The notes under the pieces: model-generated | Databases searched by the model: none | Told to the model about the DNA's origin: nothing | The model's input: only the letters and a program-made list of their open reading frames with translations | Part shown: piece by piece, positions 30,536 to 40,276 of the stretch | Position numbering within the stretch: the first letter of the stretch is position 1 | How the letters are laid out: every line of letters begins with the position of its first letter | NCBI GenBank assembly: GCA_038231275.1 | Contig: JBBRLQ010000010.1 | Location: 96,001-160,000, forward strand | Direction: 5' to 3' | DNA: 64,000 bases | DNA from: Polyangiales bacterium | GTDB taxonomy: Bacteria; Myxococcota_A; Polyangia; Polyangiales; Polyangiaceae | Position numbers and translations under genes: made by a program

Positions 30536-31621
30536 ATGTCCACCGATCCCAAGAACCCGACGCTGCTCCCGTTCCGGCAACGCATCGACGACGTCGACGA
30601 TCGCATCCTCACGCTCCTCGCCGAGCGCGCCGAGATCGCGCGCGCCGTCGCCGACGCCAAGCGCGCCGCGGCGACCCCGCATTTTCACGATCCGGAGCGC
30701 GAGCGTCAGGTGCTCGACCGCGTCGCCGCGCAAGGGGCTGGCGGCTTTCCGCGCGAGGCGCTCCGCGTCGTGTTTCGCGAGGTGATGAGCGCGTGCCTCT
30801 CGCTCGAGGAGCCGATGCGCGTCGCGTTCCTCGGCCCGGAGGGGACGTTCACGCAAATGGCGGCGCACCGCTTGTTCGGCCTCGCCGCGCGCTACCAGGA
30901 GTCGACCACGATCGACGGCGTGTTCGACGCGGTGCGCGCGGGCGCGTGCGCGGCGGGCGTCGTGCCGATCGAGAACTCCACCGAAGGCTCGGTCACCTTC
31001 ACCGTCGACGCGCTCCTCGACGGCGATCTCGTGATTCGTCAAGAGATGGTGCTCGACGTCTCGCATTGCCTACTGTCGCGCGCCGCGGCGCTGCCATCCA
31101 TCGAGCGCGTCTATTCGCACCCGCAGGCGCTCGCGCAGTGCCGGACGTGGCTCGCCAAGAACCTGCCGGCCGCGCAGCTCGTTCAGACCGCGTCCACCGC
31201 CGCCGCCGCCCGCGAGGCCCACGACGACGAGCACGCCTCCGCAATAGGGAGCGCGCTCGCCGGCGAGCTCCACGGGCTCGCGCTCCTGCGCGAAAAAATC
31301 CAGGACCGTCCCGAGAACGCGACACGCTTCGTGGTGCTGGGCCGCGAGGACGCGCCGCGGACCGGGCGCGACAAGACGACGATCGCGTTCAGCGTGAAGG
31401 ACGGGAAGGGGGCGCTCCGTCAGGTGCTCTCGATCCTCGAGGATTCCAGCGTAAATCTCACGCGCATCGAGTCACGGCCGACGCGGCAGCGCGCGTGGGA
31501 CTACGTCTTCCTCGCCGATCTCGAGGGCCATCGCGAGGACGCGCACGTCGCCGCAGCGCTCGCCGGAGTCCGCGCGCGGTGCCCGATGGTGAAGCTCCTC
31601 GGCAGCTACGCGCGGGCCTAG
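30536..31621 (+). CDS. pheA: Chorismate mutase / prephenate dehydratase (P-protein)
   Basis: RQRIDDVD, AFLGPEGTF, VPIENSTEG, SHPQALAQC, NATRF, LTRIESRP. Confidence 0.96.
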   Translation: MSTDPKNPTLLPFRQRIDDVDDRILTLLAERAEIARAVADAKRAAATPHFHDPERERQVLDRVAAQGAGGFPREALRVVFREVMSACLSLEEPMRVAFLGPEGTFTQMAAHRLFGLAARYQESTTIDGVFDAVRAGACAAGVVPIENSTEGSVTFTVDALLDGDLVIRQEMVLDVSHCLLSRAAALPSIERVYSHPQALAQCRTWLAKNLPAAQLVQTASTAAAAREAHDDEHASAIGSALAGELHGLALLREKIQDRPENATRFVVLGREDAPRTGRDKTTIAFSVKDGKGALRQVLSILEDSSVNLTRIESRPTRQRAWDYVFLADLEGHREDAHVAAALAGVRARCPMVKLLGSYARA

Positions 31622-31622
31622 C

Positions 31623-32105
31623 GTGCTCGACCGAAGCGCCTCGCGCGCGATCATCGCGGCGTGCATCGCCCTCACGGGGTGCCGCGGCTGCGCGTCCTGC
31701 GAGCGCGAGGACGAGGACGGGGAGGAACAAGAGGAGCGTGATCGCGCGCGCGATCACTTCTGGCGCGCGGAGATCGTGATCGTCGGGAGCGGGCGCGTGA
31801 AGACGTTCATCGACGCCTTCGACTGCGTGTCGGACGGCGGCGCGGCTGGCGCGGGCGGTGCGACCGGGCAGTGCGGCCCGCGCCTCGTCACGTTCAAGGA
31901 GCTTCACCCCGCGACGATGCAGGCGACACCGGCGCCCGGCTGGGTCTTCGATCATTGGGAGGCGCGCATCCGCGAGCGCGACGGCGCGATCGGTCCACGC
32001 CCCGGACGCATGCCCGACGGACCCGTGTACCTCGACGGATTCGGCTACTCCGACACGGGACAGCTCGAGACGGTGACCGCGGTGTTCGTCCCCGCAGGCG
32101 GATAG
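31623..32105 (+). CDS. Hypothetical lipoprotein with divergent InlB B-repeat-like module
   Basis: LTGC lipobox; 'VGSGRV...DC...ATPAPGWVFDHW...TVTAVF'. Confidence 0.62.
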   Translation: MLDRSASRAIIAACIALTGCRGCASCEREDEDGEEQEERDRARDHFWRAEIVIVGSGRVKTFIDAFDCVSDGGAAGAGGATGQCGPRLVTFKELHPATMQATPAPGWVFDHWEARIRERDGAIGPRPGRMPDGPVYLDGFGYSDTGQLETVTAVFVPAGG

Positions 32106-32129
32106 TTGTCATACAAATTGGTAATACAA
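32106..32129. promoter_or_regulatory. AT-rich tandem GntR/FadR-like operator boxes
   Basis: TTGTCATACAA-A-TTGGTAATACAA, between two convergent stop codons. Confidence 0.45.
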
Positions 32130-32140
32130 CTTTGAGGCGT

Positions 32141-32971
32141 TCAGCTCGGCGTGCAGCCCTTGCCGAAGCACACCTCGAGCACCGCGTGCAGCTCGACGCC
32201 GTTGGGCGCGACGCCGTTCTGTCCGTGCAAGAAATCGAAGAAGCCGGCGCCGCGCACCGTGACGGTCAGCGCGGGATATTGCGGCGACGACGTGACGTTC
32301 AGCTGCGCGTCGACCTCGGAGCGCGCGCGAGAGATGAAGCACGCCCACGGCCCGCTCGGCGCGCACGGAGGGTAGGGGACCTCGACGATCATCGTGTGCG
32401 CGCCGTCGCTCACGACCATGTGATAGTCGCTGTCGGTCTCGAGCTTGATCATCGCGAGGGTGACGTCCTTCAGCTCCCACATGCTGTCCTCGACCGGAGC
32501 CGATCGCCCCGCGCCGCCGCCGGCCGAGGGGATGGCGACGAGCGACGCGATCGTCGTGCTCTTGGGGACGAGGCTGACGCTCGCTGCGCCGGGATCGGTC
32601 CCGGTCTTGATGTCCCATCGCTCGCTGCCGCACGCGCCGCCGTTCTTCTTGTAGGCGCCGGGACCCGGGCACGTCATCGGGCCACTTCCGCTGGTTCCGC
32701 TGGTTCCGCTGGTTCCGCTGGTTCCGCTGGTTCCGCTGGTTCCGCTGGTTCCGCTGGTTCCGCTGGTTCCGCTGCTCCCGCCGCTCGCGCCCGAAGTGCC
32801 GCTCGCGCCCGATGCGCCGCTGCTTCCCGACGCCGCGCCGCTGGTTCCGCTGGTTCCGCTGGTTCCGCTCGCCCCATCGCCGTCGGGGGCGGACGTAGGC
32901 GACGACGACGCGCTCGCTCCGCAGGCGGCCACCGCAAACGCGAGGAGCGAGACGAAAATGCGGTGCGTCAT
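32141..32971 (-). CDS. Lipoprotein with (SGT)n linker and uncharacterised 'CGxERW' domain
   Basis: VAAC lipobox; CGSERWDIKTGTD, ETDSDYH, MIVEVP, GFFDFLHGQNGVAPNGVELH. Confidence 0.83.
   Translation of the reverse strand: MTHRIFVSLLAFAVAACGASASSSPTSAPDGDGASGTSGTSGTSGAASGSSGASGASGTSGASGGSSGTSGTSGTSGTSGTSGTSGTSGTSGTSGSGPMTCPGPGAYKKNGGACGSERWDIKTGTDPGAASVSLVPKSTTIASLVAIPSAGGGAGRSAPVEDSMWELKDVTLAMIKLETDSDYHMVVSDGAHTMIVEVPYPPCAPSGPWACFISRARSEVDAQLNVTSSPQYPALTVTVRGAGFFDFLHGQNGVAPNGVELHAVLEVCFGKGCTPS
32686..32774. repeat. Perfect 9-bp tandem repeat (TTCCGCTGG) x9 plus a partial unit, in frame, encoding SGT
   Basis: Directly visible; three more copies at about 32838..32869. Confidence 0.95.
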
Positions 32972-33193
32972 GGGAGGATTGCGTGCGCGACGTTGCACCC
33001 GCGAGATGTCCGGGTTGCAGCCCAACGATCAGACAATCCTCGCAGAAAAGGCCGGATCGCGAGGTCCCAAGCGGCGCCGCCCCGCTGCCGGTTGCCGATT
33101 CGGACATGGCCGTTGGAAAATTCCGGGAGTGCCCAACTCGGCGCGCGCGTGGGATGTGGCGTTCACCACTTCATCGCACACGAGGCACATCCC

Positions 33194-34288
33194 ATGACGC
33201 TCCGCATCTCCACGCACGTTCGCTCGCTCGCTCTCGTCGGTTTCGGTTTCGGCACGTTGGCGCTCGCGGCCTGCTCCGGCGGCGCTTCGTCGCAGGACGG
33301 CGCGCAGGCCTCCGACGAGGCGCTCCGAGGCCACCATGCGAACGTCCTCATCTCGGACCAGTTCAACAACCGCGTCATCGAGGTCGATTCGCGTCACCAC
33401 GTGGTGTGGTCGTTCGGCGACGGGTCGAGCGTCGCAGGCCCCACGTCGATCGTCGCGCCCAACGACGCCGAGCGCATCGGCGACTACACGCTCATCTCGG
33501 CCACCGGTGCGCCCGCCGGCAGCGAGCCCTCGTGCACCGACGCGTGCGCCGACAACCGCGTCCTCATCGTCGATCGCTACGGCAGCATCGTGTGGCAGTA
33601 CGGCAAGGCGGGTGTCACCGGAGCCAGCAAAAATGAGCTGAACGCGCCGGTCGCCGCGACGTACCTCCCGAACGGCCACGTCCTCATCACCGATCAGGGC
33701 AACGCGCGCGTCATCGAGGTCGACGGCTCCGAGATCGTGTGGCAGTTCGGCACCACCGGCACGACCGGCACCGACGCGAACCAGCTGAACAATCCGAACA
33801 GCGCCGAGCTCCTCCGCAACGGCAACGTCCTCGTCGCCGACGAAGGCAATAACCGCGTCCTCGAGATCGACCACAGCCACCACGTCGTGTGGTCGTACGG
33901 CGACCCCGCGAATACGACGCTCCTCAGCGGCCCCGCCTTCGCGAGCCGCCTCCCCAATGGCAACACGCTCATCTCGGACTCCGGCAACAACCGCATCGTC
34001 GAGGTCACGCGCGGCGGCCAGATCGCCTTCACGTTCGACACGAGCGCCCGCTCCGGCAGCGTCGCGGCGCCCAACCCGACCCGCGCGATGCGCCTCAAGA
34101 GCGGCAACACGCTCATCAGCGATCAGAACAATCACCAGGTCATCGAGGTCGATCACACGGGCAAGATCGTCTTCACGCAGGGAGCGATCGGCGTCGCGGG
34201 CAAGGGCTTCGACAAGCTGAACGCGCCGTACGACGCCAAGGTCATCGGGGACTTCACGGGCATCACCGATCCGTTCGCGGCGTACTGA
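33194..34288 (+). CDS. Beta-propeller (NHL-like) repeat lipoprotein
   Basis: LAAC lipobox; repeated 'LPNGNxLISDxGNNRVIEVD...IVW' units. Confidence 0.85.
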   Translation: MTLRISTHVRSLALVGFGFGTLALAACSGGASSQDGAQASDEALRGHHANVLISDQFNNRVIEVDSRHHVVWSFGDGSSVAGPTSIVAPNDAERIGDYTLISATGAPAGSEPSCTDACADNRVLIVDRYGSIVWQYGKAGVTGASKNELNAPVAATYLPNGHVLITDQGNARVIEVDGSEIVWQFGTTGTTGTDANQLNNPNSAELLRNGNVLVADEGNNRVLEIDHSHHVVWSYGDPANTTLLSGPAFASRLPNGNTLISDSGNNRIVEVTRGGQIAFTFDTSARSGSVAAPNPTRAMRLKSGNTLISDQNNHQVIEVDHTGKIVFTQGAIGVAGKGFDKLNAPYDAKVIGDFTGITDPFAAY

Positions 34289-34364
34289 TAATTCCGAGCA
34301 GAACGGAAAAGTGAAGTAGGTCACCGTAGACAAACGGCGGGGTTCTGGTTACAGAGGTCGGGTT

Positions 34365-34910
34365 TTGAAGAAAACCGCCCTCCTCTCTCTCCTCTTCTAT
34401 GGTCTGGCCGCGTCGGCCGCCTCGTTGGGCTGCGGCTCCGCGCCCGAGCAGGAGAGCGTTTCTTCCGGGGACGACGCGCTGCGCGCCCACGCGCACGCGC
34501 CGATCCCGGAGGTGCTCCAGTACGTCGGCGCCTACGAGGGGGGCGGGACCGTTTCCGCACTGGAGCTTCGGCGCGACGGGACCTTTACGGCGACGATCGA
34601 TGGCGCGCGGTGTAGCGGTCGGTACGAGGGGCCCCACGCGCCGACGACCGCGGTGAAGATCGCGTTCATCGCGCACGGTGAGGCGTTCTCGGCCACGGTG
34701 CCGGAGTGGTCGGAGAAGCAGCGTCTCGTCGTCACGCGCGCGGGCCACGTCGAGACGGTGACGTCGGCGTGGAAAGCAGGGTCGGAGCAGATCTGCGACG
34801 ACAGCGGCGGCGCGTGGACGGACGACGATCCCGATCCCGCGACGGGCCTCTACTGCGTCTGCGCGTCGCCCCTGCAGTACATCCCGAGCCTCGGCGGCTG
34901 CACGCGCTGA
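34365..34910 (+). CDS. Hypothetical lipoprotein
   Basis: TTG start, SLGC lipobox, C-terminal Cys module. Confidence 0.72.
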   Translation: MKKTALLSLLFYGLAASAASLGCGSAPEQESVSSGDDALRAHAHAPIPEVLQYVGAYEGGGTVSALELRRDGTFTATIDGARCSGRYEGPHAPTTAVKIAFIAHGEAFSATVPEWSEKQRLVVTRAGHVETVTSAWKAGSEQICDDSGGAWTDDDPDPATGLYCVCASPLQYIPSLGGCTR

Positions 34911-34938
34911 GCGTCGACGACGCGGGCGCTCGCGTTTC

Positions 34939-35916
34939 TCAGAACGTGCCCGTGAGCGACACGCTGCCGCCGCCCGGAACCGGCGCGGCGCCCACCCACA
35001 CGACGCGCCCCTCGGCGTCCCTGCGGTGGAGGTGCGGAACGAGCACGCCCACCGCGGCGCCGGCGAACGCGCCTGCGATGACGTCGGTCGGAAAATGCGC
35101 GCCCGCACGTACGCGCTCGATGCTGACTCCCGCGGTGAGGACCGTGGCCGCGGCGAGCGTGACCCACGGACGCCATGAGCGCGGCGAGCGTCGGAACGCG
35201 AGGTACGTGGCGGTTGCACCCGCGGCGGCGGTCATCGCGGCGTGCCCGGAGAAGAAGGAGAGCGACGCGTCGGTGTCGCTGATCGACGGGGATTTGTCGG
35301 CTCCACCGAACTGCGCGTCGAGCTTTGCCTGCTCGCTGTAGGCGCGCGGCCGGGGGCGACGCACGGCGACCTTGGAGATGTCCGTCAAGACGAGCGTGAG
35401 CGAGAGCGACTCGGCGTAGAGCACGAGATCGACAATCGCGGCGTCTACGCCGTCGCGTACGCCGGAGAGGACGGGGTCGAGGACCGCGTAGCCCATCGCG
35501 AGGTAGATGCCGACGTTGGAAATGGTGCCGGCGTTGGGATCGATCGTCTGCGTGACTGCGCCGCGATCGATCGACAAGAGCACGCTGGGATCGGCGGGGC
35601 GCTGCGGGCGAATCTCGCCGGTCGTCAGAATCAGCTCGTTCACGCCGGCGAAGCCCGCGGTCACCGCGATGAACGTGCAATCGAAAATCGGGTCGACCCT
35701 GAAGTGTTGATCGTCGGGCTCGCTCGCGGGCGGCACCGGGCTCGGCGAGGGCGTCGCGGGAGATGCGGGGCTCGTCGGAGCGGTCGTGGGGGCGGCTGTA
35801 TCCGAGGGAGCCGTCGGGACGGACGGATCTTGGGCCGCCGACGTCGCCGCGGAGAGGAGCGTCGCCAACGTCATCGCGGCGCCGCGGGCGGCCGCTCGAA
35901 CACGCACTCCGGACAT
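34939..35916 (-). CDS. PAP2-family phosphatase
   Basis: KVAVRRPRP, SFFSGH, RVRAGAHFPTDV. Confidence 0.9.
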   Translation of the reverse strand: MSGVRVRAAARGAAMTLATLLSAATSAAQDPSVPTAPSDTAAPTTAPTSPASPATPSPSPVPPASEPDDQHFRVDPIFDCTFIAVTAGFAGVNELILTTGEIRPQRPADPSVLLSIDRGAVTQTIDPNAGTISNVGIYLAMGYAVLDPVLSGVRDGVDAAIVDLVLYAESLSLTLVLTDISKVAVRRPRPRAYSEQAKLDAQFGGADKSPSISDTDASLSFFSGHAAMTAAAGATATYLAFRRSPRSWRPWVTLAAATVLTAGVSIERVRAGAHFPTDVIAGAFAGAAVGVLVPHLHRRDAEGRVVWVGAAPVPGGGSVSLTGTF

Positions 35917-35988
35917 GGACCCTTCTTTCGCCCGCACCCTATCAAATCCCGCGCCCCGTCTGTCGCGCTTTGCGGCACACTACGGCTG

Positions 35989-36678
35989 ATGATGCGCCCT
36001 CGACACGACCCTCGATCCATCGCGCCGCTTTTCGCTGTCGTCCTCGCCGCCGCCGCCGCATGCGGTAGCCCCGCGGCGCCGCCCGTCGTCCCGCCCGTCC
36101 CGACTTCGCCAGTCCCGACGGCCTCCGCGCCGCCGATCGCGTCGGTGCCCGTTCCGTCGACGTCAGCGCCAGCACCTTCCGCGTCTGCGCCGGTCATCGC
36201 GACGCCGCCTCCCGGCCGCATGCTCGCCGTCGGCAAGACCGAGTACGAAGCGCGCCTCAAGGGATTGGGGCTCGATATCCGGAACCTCCCGCGCCTCGCC
36301 ACGATGGACGCGCAGAAGCGCCGGCTGGTGATGGACTACATCGCCGAGGCGACCGGTGCAGACTGCACGGATTGCCACGCCAGCGAGGAAGACTTCAAGG
36401 CGATGACGCCGCGCAAGGCCGTCGCCATGCACATGTGGGACGACTGGACGCGCGGCCTCGTCGCGACGGACGGCAGCCCCATCTTCTGCGACTCGTGCCA
36501 CCACGGCGCGCTCGCCGTCATCGACCACCGCGACACGGAGAAGGTCGCGAAGTGGATGAAGGAGAACATGGTCGCCAAGCTCGCGCGCAAGGACAAGAAG
36601 AAGCAGGCCTGCGAGAATTGCCACGGCGATCCGTTCGACAACAACTTCCTCGAGAAGTGGCGGAAGACTACGCGCTGA
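35989..36678 (+). CDS. Triheme c-type cytochrome lipoprotein (PufC-like motif spacing)
   Basis: AAAC lipobox, Pro-rich linker, CTDCH, CDSCH, CENCH. Confidence 0.85.
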   Translation: MMRPRHDPRSIAPLFAVVLAAAAACGSPAAPPVVPPVPTSPVPTASAPPIASVPVPSTSAPAPSASAPVIATPPPGRMLAVGKTEYEARLKGLGLDIRNLPRLATMDAQKRRLVMDYIAEATGADCTDCHASEEDFKAMTPRKAVAMHMWDDWTRGLVATDGSPIFCDSCHHGALAVIDHRDTEKVAKWMKENMVAKLARKDKKKQACENCHGDPFDNNFLEKWRKTTR

Positions 36679-36718
36679 GTGGAGCGAAGCGCAGCGGAGC
36701 GAAAACGATCCTGACGGA

Positions 36719-36749
36719 AGGGCCTGACCGGCTTTTCAGGTCAGGCCCT
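36719..36749. terminator. Hairpin between convergent genes
   Basis: AGGGCCTGACC-N9-GGTCAGGCCCT, 11-bp stem overlapping the desaturase stop. Confidence 0.6.
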
Positions 36750-37868
36750 GACCGGCCGTCCGAGCTCTCGCAGGTGCGTGAAGTGCGAGAGGAGCGCGCT
36801 CCGCAGCGTCCCGTGGCTGCGCCGCCGCACGCCGTGCTTGGCCGCGACGTCGGCGACGATGACCGCGAGCGCCGGATAGTGAACGTGGCAGACCTTCGGG
36901 AAGAGGTGATGCTCGACTTGGAAGTTCAGCCCGCCCATGAACCATGAGGCGACGGCGTTGTCGGCGGCGAAGTCGACGCACGTCGCGAGCTGATGCACGG
37001 CCCAGTCGCTCTGGATCAAACCGTCGGCCGGCGCCGCGGGAAACTCGGCCTCGCCGGTGCAGTGCGCGAGCTGGAACACCGTCCCCAGCGTCGCCCCGAG
37101 CGTGAACGCCGCGACGAAGTGGAAGAGCAGGACGTAGAGCAGCGGGTGGAACAGCGCAGGGATGACGATGGCCCACCCGACGAAGAAGATCTTCCACGCG
37201 ACGAAGCCCACCATCGCCGCGCGCCCCGGCTTGGGCAGCTTGTGCAGACCGATGAGCCCTCGTGCGACGATCACGAAGTCGTCGAAGAAGACCCACTTGG
37301 GGAGGAGGAACCCGTAGAGCGCCCACAAGTAGACGTGCTGGAAGCGATGCCACGGGCGCCGCCGCTGCTCGGGCGACAGCCGCGCGAGGACCCCGAAGTC
37401 GAGATCGTAGTCGACGCCCGCGACGTTGGTGAACGTGTGGTGAAAGACGTTGTGCTTGGGGCGCCAGATGAACGAGCAGACGCCCATCACGTCGAGCGTG
37501 GCCCCGAAGACATGGTTGATCCACGCGTGCCGCGACATCGCGCCATGGTTGGCGTCGTGCTGGACGCTCATCCCGACCGCCGCGACCGACAAGCCGAGCG
37601 AGATCGCTGCGAGCATCGCCTGCCACGCGCTGGCAGCCGCGAAGACGAGAACCGCCCACGAGCCGATGAACCACGCGAGGATGATCGCGGTCTTCAGGTA
37701 CATCCGCGGGGAGTCGCGTCGGGCTTGCCCGCGTCCCTCGAAGTGCGCGTCGACCGCGACTTGAAGCTCGCGCGAGAAGTCTCCTCGCTCGCCGAACCTG
37801 ACGCGAGGCAATCCGACGGTAGCCGCCACTCGTTGAACATTACGATGCGACCGAGGCTCTGCCGTCAT
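36741..37868 (-). CDS. Membrane fatty acid (acyl-CoA) desaturase
   Basis: His boxes HDANH, HNVFHH, QVEHHLFP. Confidence 0.93.
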   Translation of the reverse strand: MTAEPRSHRNVQRVAATVGLPRVRFGERGDFSRELQVAVDAHFEGRGQARRDSPRMYLKTAIILAWFIGSWAVLVFAAASAWQAMLAAISLGLSVAAVGMSVQHDANHGAMSRHAWINHVFGATLDVMGVCSFIWRPKHNVFHHTFTNVAGVDYDLDFGVLARLSPEQRRRPWHRFQHVYLWALYGFLLPKWVFFDDFVIVARGLIGLHKLPKPGRAAMVGFVAWKIFFVGWAIVIPALFHPLLYVLLFHFVAAFTLGATLGTVFQLAHCTGEAEFPAAPADGLIQSDWAVHQLATCVDFAADNAVASWFMGGLNFQVEHHLFPKVCHVHYPALAVIVADVAAKHGVRRRSHGTLRSALLSHFTHLRELGRPVRA

Positions 37869-37988
37869 TGTTTGACCACGACCGTACGCTTTCCGCGCCC
37901 GGCTGGACCTGGATTTGATACCCAGCGGCCCGTCCGTGCGTACTCTAGCTGTTCCAGGAGCGAGAATAACGCGAGCACCGGGGAATCG

Positions 37989-39299
37989 ATGGGTCATCAC
38001 GCCGAGAGGGTCACGGAGCGCACGAATCGCGCGGTGAAGGGGACGACGCCGGCGTCCCTCGCAGAGTTTCTGCGCGTCCGGGCCGCCACCGAAGCGCTCG
38101 CCGCGCCGCTGTCGGCGGAGGACCAGACCCTCCAAGCCGCGCCCGAGTGCAGTCCCACCAAATGGCATCGCGCGCACACGACCTGGTTCTTCGAGACGTT
38201 CCTCCTCGCGCCGCGGGGGATCGCGCCGCTCCACCCCGAGTGGGCGACGCTCTTCAACTCGTACTACGTGGCCGTCGGGCCGCGCGGCGCCAGGACGAAG
38301 CGAGGGATGCTCTCGCGCCCGTCGTCTGCGGAGATCGGAGAGTATCGGCGCGCGGTCGATGGCCGCGTCGTTCGCTTGCTCGAGTCCGCGGGCGACGACG
38401 AGCTGAGCGAGATCGAAGGCGTGATCGCGCTGGGCCTCGCGCACGAAGAGCAGCACCAGGAGCTGCTCCTCACGGACATTCGTTGGGCGCTGCACGACAA
38501 CCCGCTCTTGCCGGCGTATCGGCAGCTCGGCGCCCCGCCACATGATGCGCGCGCATCGAAGCTCTCGTTCCAGATGCTCGAAGGAGGGCTACGCGAGATC
38601 GGCCTCTCGGAAGGGACCGAGTTCCGCTTCGACAACGAGGAGCCGCGGCACAGCGTGTTCGTCGAGCCGTTCGCGCTCGGGCGCCGGCTGGTGACTGTCG
38701 GCGAGTGGAAGGCCTTCGCCGACGCGGGCGGCTACGACGACGCGCTCCTTTGGCTGTCGGATGGCTTCGACTGGGCGCGCGCGAACGACGTCCACGCGCC
38801 GATGTACGCCACCCGCGACGGCGGCGCGCTCGTGTCGTTCGGCCTCGGCGGCGCGCGCGAGCTCCACGACGATGAGCCGCTCGCGAACGTCAGCTTCTAC
38901 GAGGCCGACGCGATCGCGCGCTTCATGGACGCGCGCCTGCCGACGGAGGCGGAGTGGGAGGTCGCGGCGCTCACCACCAACGCCGATCCCCGCGCGGGGA
39001 ATTTCGTCGGGGACGATCTGCTCTCTCCGCGATCCGCCGGCGGCGAGGGGGTGACGCAGCTCTACGGTGATGCGTGGGAATGGACCAGCTCGGCGTACGC
39101 GCCCTATCCAGGATTTCGCACTCGCGCCGGGGCCGTTGGCGAGTACAACGGGAAGTTCATGGTGAACCAGCTCGTCCTCCGCGGCGGATCGTGCCTCACC
39201 CCTCGAGGCCATGTGCGCGCCAGTTACCGCAATTTCTGGCATCCGCATACGCGGTTCCAGACGACCGGCGTGCGGCTCGCGCGCGCGGGGGACCGTTGA
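37989..39299 (+). CDS. egtB: Ergothioneine biosynthesis sulfoxide synthase
   Basis: SPTKWHRAHTTWFFETF, HEEQHQELLLTDI, GEYNGKFM, YRNF. Confidence 0.94.
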   Translation: MGHHAERVTERTNRAVKGTTPASLAEFLRVRAATEALAAPLSAEDQTLQAAPECSPTKWHRAHTTWFFETFLLAPRGIAPLHPEWATLFNSYYVAVGPRGARTKRGMLSRPSSAEIGEYRRAVDGRVVRLLESAGDDELSEIEGVIALGLAHEEQHQELLLTDIRWALHDNPLLPAYRQLGAPPHDARASKLSFQMLEGGLREIGLSEGTEFRFDNEEPRHSVFVEPFALGRRLVTVGEWKAFADAGGYDDALLWLSDGFDWARANDVHAPMYATRDGGALVSFGLGGARELHDDEPLANVSFYEADAIARFMDARLPTEAEWEVAALTTNADPRAGNFVGDDLLSPRSAGGEGVTQLYGDAWEWTSSAYAPYPGFRTRAGAVGEYNGKFMVNQLVLRGGSCLTPRGHVRASYRNFWHPHTRFQTTGVRLARAGDR

Positions 39300-40276
39300 G
39301 CGCGTCGCCCCAGGGGAACGTCGCGCACGACGAGGTCGCGGAGGCGGTCCTGCGCGGGCTGACGGCGCCACGCAAATCGCTGCCGCCGTTCTTGTTCTAC
39401 GACGCGCGCGGGTCGGCGCTCTTCGAGGACATCACCGAGCTCCCGGAGTACTACCTGACGCGCACCGAGCGCGGGATCTTGGTGGACGACGCCGATCGCA
39501 TCGTGGCGGCGATCCTCCGGAGCGCGCGCGGCCCCGTGGCCGTCCTCGAGCTCGGCGCCGGCACCGCGACGAAGACCGACATCCTTCTCCAGGCGTTCGC
39601 GCGGGCCCGCAAGGACGTGCACTACTTCCCGGCCGACGTCTCACCGACGCCGCTCGACGTCGCCCGCGCGCGCATCGCCTCCACGCTGCCACAGATTCGC
39701 GTGTCGCCCATCGTCGGGACCCACGACGACGCGCTCCAGCGCATGAGGGAGTGGGAGGGCGAGCTCGCCGTATTTTTCCTGGGAAGCTCCATCGGAAACT
39801 ACGCGGACGACGACGCCGTCGCGCTGATCGCGGAGGTACGCGGCGCGATCGGACGGCATGGCTCGCTGTTGCTCGGCGCCGATCGGACCAAGTCGCTCGA
39901 CGTCCTGCTGCCGGCCTACGACGATCCGGCCGGCGTCACCGCGGCGTTCAACCGCAACGTGCTCGTTCGCATCAACCGCGAGCTCGGGGGCGATTTCGAT
40001 CCGGCGTCGTTCCGTCACGTCGCGATCTGGAACGAAGGGACGAGCGCGATCGAGATGCACCTCGAGAGCGTCGTCGCACAGCGCGCGCACGTTGCCGCGC
40101 TCGGCCTGACCGTCGACTTTGCGCGAGGTGAGCGCATCCATACCGAGTCGAGCCACAAATACACGGAGCGCCACGTGGCGGAGCTCCTCGAGGCCGCGGG
40201 GCTCAGGTCCGAGTCGGCGTTCGAGGACGCACGGCGCTGGTTCTCCTTGCACCTCGCGCGCGCGCTCTCCGCGTAA
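39296..40276 (+). CDS. egtD: L-histidine N-alpha-trimethyltransferase
   Basis: TTGA overlap with egtB; YDARGSALFEDITELPEYYLTRTE, ELGAG, AYDDPAGVTAAFN, IHTESSHKY. Confidence 0.95.
   Translation: MSASPQGNVAHDEVAEAVLRGLTAPRKSLPPFLFYDARGSALFEDITELPEYYLTRTERGILVDDADRIVAAILRSARGPVAVLELGAGTATKTDILLQAFARARKDVHYFPADVSPTPLDVARARIASTLPQIRVSPIVGTHDDALQRMREWEGELAVFFLGSSIGNYADDDAVALIAEVRGAIGRHGSLLLGADRTKSLDVLLPAYDDPAGVTAAFNRNVLVRINRELGGDFDPASFRHVAIWNEGTSAIEMHLESVVAQRAHVAALGLTVDFARGERIHTESSHKYTERHVAELLEAAGLRSESAFEDARRWFSLHLARALSA

Noticed and set aside
32686..32774. CRISPR array
   Set aside because: Spacerless 9-bp units, in frame within a CDS, and no cas genes.
37989..39299. SenA (selenoneine synthase) instead of EgtB
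   Set aside because: The motifs are EgtB-type, the gene is coupled to egtD, and no senB or selD-like gene is adjacent.
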